Assembly (NCBI RefSeq): GCF_963921235.1
Contig: NC_086097.1
Location: 188,172,001 to 188,236,000, forward strand
Length of the DNA stretch: 64,000 nt
Reading direction: 5' to 3'
Origin: Mobula hypostoma
Taxonomy: Eukaryota
The notes below the pieces were generated by a model. It saw only the letters and a program-made list of their open reading frames with translations. It was not told where the DNA came from and did no database searches. The position numbers were made by a program, and so were the translations under genes. Below, one piece after another: positions 59,723 to 64,000 of the stretch. How positions within the stretch are numbered: the first letter of the stretch is position 1; every line of letters begins with the position of its first letter.

Positions 59723-61410
59723 ACATAGAAACATAGAAAACCTACAGCATAATACAGGCCCTTTGGCCCACAATGCTGTGCCAAACATGTACTTACTTTA
59801 GAAATTACCTAGGGTTACCCATAGCCCTCTATTTTTCTAAGCCCCATGTACCTATCCAAGAGTCTCTTAAAAGACCCTATCATATTCGCCTCCACCACCA
59901 TCGCCAGTGGTCCATTCCACGCACTCACCAGTCTCTACGTAAAAAACTTAACCCTGACAGCTCCTCTGTACCTAATTCCAAGCACCTTAAAACTGTGCCC
60001 TCTCGTGTTAGCTATTTCATCCCTGGCAAAAAGCCTCTGACTATCCACATGATCAATGCCTCTCATCATCTTATACACCTCTATCAGGTCACTTCTCATC
60101 CTCTGCCGCTCCACGGAAAAAAGGCCGAGTTCACTCAACCTATTCTCATAAGGCATGCTCCCCAATCCACGCAACATCTTTGTAAATCTCCTCTGCACCC
60201 TTTCTATAGTTTCCACATCCTTTCTGCAGTGAGGTGACCAGAACTGAGCACAGTACTCCAAGTGGGGTCTGACCCCACTCAGCTCTAAAACTCAATCCCA
60301 CAGTTGATGCACAGTTTACCTTCTTAACCACAGAGTCAACCTGTGCAGCAGGTTTGAGTGTCCTATGGACTCGGACCCCAAAATCCCCCTGATCCCCCAC
60401 ACTGCCAAGAGTCTTACCATTAGTACTATATTCTGCCATCATATTTCACCTACCAAAATGAACCACCTCACACTTATCTGGGTTGAACTCCATCTGCCAT
60501 TTCTCAGCCCAGTTTTGCATCCTATCAATGTCCTGTCGTAACCTCTGACAGCCTTCCACACTATCCACAACACCCCCAACCTTTGTGTCATCAGCAAATT
60601 TACTAACCCATCCCTCCGCTTCCTCATCCAGGTCATTTAAAAATATCATGATGAGAAGGGGTCCCAGAAGAGATCCCTAAGGCACACCACTGGTCACCAG
60701 CCTCCATGCAGAATAGTGGTTCTACAACCACTGTTTGCCTTCTGTGGGCAAGCCAATTCTGGATCCACAAAGCAAGGTCTCCTTGGATCCCATGCCTCCT
60801 TACTTTCCCAATAACCCTTGCATGGGGTACCTTATGAAATGCCTTGCTGAAATCCATATTCAACTACACCTACTGCTCTACCTTCATCAATGTGTTTGGT
60901 CACATCCTCAAAAAATTCAATCAGGCTTGTAAGGCACAACCTGCCTTTGACAAAGCCATGCTGACTATTCCAAATCATATTATGCATCTCCAAATCTTCA
61001 TAAATCCTGCCTCTCAGGATCTTTTCCATTAACTTACCAACCACTGAAGTAACACTCACTGGTCTATAATTTCCTGGGCTATCTCTACTCCCTTTCTTGA
61101 GCAAGGGAACAACATCTGCAACCCTCCAATCCTTCGGAACCTCTCCTGTCCTCATTAATGATGCAAAAATCATTGCCAAAGGCTCAGCAATCTCCTCCCT
61201 TGCCTCCCAGAATAGCCTGGGGTACATTTCATCTGGTCCCGGCAACTTATCCAACTTGAAGCTTTCCAAAAGCTCCAGCACATCCTCTTTGTTAATATCT
61301 ATATGCTGAAGCTTTTCAATCCACTGTAAATCATCTCTACAATCACCAAGATCTTTCTCCATAGTAAATACTAAAGCGAAGTATTCATTAAGTACCTCTG
61401 TTATCTCCTC
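59723..61410 (-). mobile_element. 5'-truncated CR1 LINE in CNGB3 intron 4
   Basis: KLPGPDEMYPR, NYRPVSVTS, QHGFVKG, KFADDTKVGG; (CTATGTTT)n tail; same family as 5677-6962. Confidence 0.92.
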
Positions 61411-62327
61411 CTTTAATCTTGCGCAATTGAATATTGGGACATTTATATAAAAATGTAATAATTCCAGCCCAGGAACATAATTAAGAATCAAAAATCATGA
61501 GATAGAAATTTCAATGAAAGTTTCCCTCAAGAATAAAGAGGAAAGATTAATTTATTAGGAGCAAAATATTTGCAAAACAAATACTGCAGTTTAAGTTATT
61601 GGTAAGTCAATATTAATGCATTCTGATATTTTCATGTATGGTGCTTTAATATTCTTTACTGAAGTATTGATTTATTTTCCAAAATAAAATATGCCCTTGG
61701 CAACAAGACTTTTTATTTGCGTCATTAGAAGGAACAAAGCACTTTTGGAGTAGATGGAACTTAAAGTTTTGAGTTTGGAATGAAGTTCATAAATTGAACG
61801 CATTTCCATTTCTTTCTCTCCAGAAGCTGCAAGAAATGCTGAGTACTTCTAGAATTTTTATTTTGGAACCATACTATGATGCTGTGCTACATGAGGCAAT
61901 TTTTTATTTTGTCAGCAGCAATACAAACTCTTTTCTTAGCCGGTGGATAGTTTTTAAGTAGCCTATTAAGAACATCTTGCACGTGATAATCCTCCATACA
62001 ATGCTCTGATACTCCTGATGTGTAATGCTCTTCACAATAAGAACACTGAACATTTATTCATAATTAACTAATTTCTTGCACATGTTCATCATGGATTAAT
62101 TTAATGATTGAATTTCTTTAAAATGTCAACTGTGTCCTACTGAAGATCCACCAGTAGCTAATTATTTTAAATTATGCTGACAAAGATTGTGAAATTAGAT
62201 TTTTATAGGGCTTTGAATACTAACTGCAAATGTTGAAGTTAACTTGAGTTCAAAAAATCTCTTGATTGGAAAGGTAAAGAGAGCTACTATTTTTAAAATT
62301 GATCTATGGATTTCCTTTACCGCTTAG

Positions 62328-62522
62328 CACCAGTCAAAAAGCCACCTCCACCAGAGGAAGTCAGTGATAAAAAGGATGAGGAGAAACCAGAGAAAGAAGA
62401 TGATGAAGCCAAACTTGATGAGGAACTTGGCTGTGACATCCTTGGTTGTAAATTCAAGAAGCATCCAATCAAAAAGTTTGTACAGCGGCTAAAAATACCT
62501 GAAAGTATTGACACATATTCAG
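62328..62522 (+). CDS. CNGB3: CNGB3 coding exon 5 (TPVKKPPPPEEVSDKKDEEKPEKEDDEAKLDEELGCDILGCKFKKHPIKKFVQRLKIPESIDTYS); gene continues beyond the window
   Basis: Acceptor tttcctttaccgcttag, donor CAG|gtaaca; 195 nt, phase 1 to 1. KFKKHPIKKFVQRLKIPESIDTYS matches the CNGB3 pre-S1 segment [24 protein letters not shown] (human, recalled). Confidence 0.92.
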
Positions 62523-63479
62523 GTAACATGTTAATCCAAGACATTTTTAAACTGTAGATTGAGTGACGTATCGAATTTTTCAATCAGTTCCCTATTTTAT
62601 CTGATTCATGAAAAAACTGAACTTCCACACATTTGTATTTCAAACTTATTGCAAACATTTGATTGTTGTAGTCTGGTAAGGGCTTTGATCATTTGTTTTC
62701 TGGTGTAGAACCTCAATTTTTATGGCCAATAATTTAACGGGGAAGATAGAAAAAAAAACGTGTCTCAGGTGTGTTAATAATAAGCATTCATTAATTTTTC
62801 ATAATGTAGATCACATTATAAAACTATTTGGGTTTGAAATTTTCAGGTATTCTGTGAATAATGCAATATTCTAGCACTGCAAATGTGGAGGCGAGACACC
62901 ACTTTATCAACAGGAAATAGTTGAGACGTGGAATAATTTAATTGTCCAAGAAGATCAAAAATCACAAATGTCTAACGGGGAAGTAATGGTTAAGGTTACG
63001 GTTACCACAGGAAAAATGAACTTTGTGAAATTTGTATTTTTTTTAGGCGTTTGGAAAATGAGATGGGAAGTTAGTTGTATTGTGATCATGGCCAATATGT
63101 CTTTTGCTTTCCATCATTTCTTTGCTATTATCCCAAAAGATTTTTGAAATAATAACAAAAAGCTGATTTAAATTTAATGTAGGTCATCTTTCTTCACCAA
63201 AGAGGAGAGTTTTTCTGTCTTTTTGTGTGAGAAAAGAGCTCTAAAATTTCATCTCAGCTATGCGTTTTTGTTAAGACTCAGTGGCAGAATCCACACAGAA
63301 TATCACTGTAGATTTTATCCCCAGTACACAGGCACCTCGTGGTGCTCAGGATGTGTCCCCAGCAACAGAAACATATGTTGCATCCTTGATAAAAAGAGAT
63401 GAACAGGGGGGTGATGTGAGAAACTGTAGTAACCAGACTGCCTTTTAACACATGGAGAAAGTTCTGCAAGATCAAGTCT

Positions 63480-64000
63480 CCCAACAAACAAACTGTTGAA
63501 GGAAATCATTAGGTTGAGCAGCATCAGTGGACAGAAAGCAATTGTCAACCTTTTGGATCAAAATCCCTCATCAGGACTAAGAGTGGAGAGGGGAGGGAGT
63601 GATGAGGCATGGCCAGTGGGTGATTGGTATACCAAGGAGCCATAAAAGATGATGAACAGCTGGAAGGGTGGGGTTGAGTTGAGGTCAGAGACAGAGCCAA
63701 GAAGATGATCGGTGGATAGATAGAGGCAGACAAATAGAAAAAGCAGATGGAGCTAAGAATGAGGAGGGGAGGGCAAAGTTGGAGACCATTGCTGGAATTT
63801 GATAAGCAGGAACACAGTTAGCAGTGATGAAATTTGTTAAGGAAGGAAGGTGATAATGGAAGCCATTATGGAGAGGTGAAGGCAAAGATCTGGGAGGGGT
63901 GTGCACTTGGCAAAATATGTGGGTAGTAGCTGGATGGAACCAGAAGAGAGATGAGGATAAAATGCGTGATGGGCAGGAAGGGATATGTATGGGAAAGGGA
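63480..64000 (-). mobile_element. Old Penelope-like 3' remnant, runs off the window
   Basis: Terminal-repeat-like start, decayed hammerhead (ccctcatcaggact about 63565-63578), purine-rich tract. Confidence 0.6.

Noticed and set aside
47830..62522. Assignment to CNGB1, or to a pseudogene
   Set aside because: Short N-terminus without a GARP region, CNGB3-type exon 4 motif, and five open, phase-compatible exons with canonical splice sites.
1..64000. Prokaryotic features (operons, CRISPR arrays, defence systems, rRNA)
   Set aside because: The sequence is spliced vertebrate DNA; I saw no regularly spaced repeat-spacer array or rRNA-like sequence.

Overview
Vertebrate nuclear DNA, not prokaryotic. 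The repeat landscape (CR1, Rex/Babar-like, Penelope-like, V-SINE) and the gene suggest a cartilaginous fish, probably a ray (inference). The only host protein-coding gene I can identify is CNGB3 (cone CNG channel beta subunit), + strand. Coding exons 1-5 are at 47830-47931, 48022-48103, 50959-51103, 58800-58966 and 62328-62522. They splice in frame without stops, and the gene continues past the window end. A CpG-rich promoter-like island at about 2.5-2.8 kb probably starts an unidentified divergent (- strand) gene. The rest is a nested mosaic of mobile DNA: CR1 and Rex/Babar-like LINEs, GIY-YIG Penelope-like elements (PLEs) carrying minimal hammerhead ribozymes, a hAT/Buster remnant, Tc1-type MITEs, solo LTRs and tRNA SINEs. 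The most unusual observation is a 5'-truncated HERO-type (restriction-like endonuclease) retrotransposon in CNGB3 intron 3, flanked exactly by a gap-free 311-bp direct duplication (27 mismatches by hand count), a candidate giant target-site duplication. Other leads: 106-180-bp PLE terminal-repeat insertions (three of four with their own TSDs), tandem 5'-UTR monomers on a 5'-complete CR1, and a chain of candidate - strand exons upstream of CNGB3. Family names come from motif recognition only; no database search was run, and boundaries of decayed repeats are approximate.
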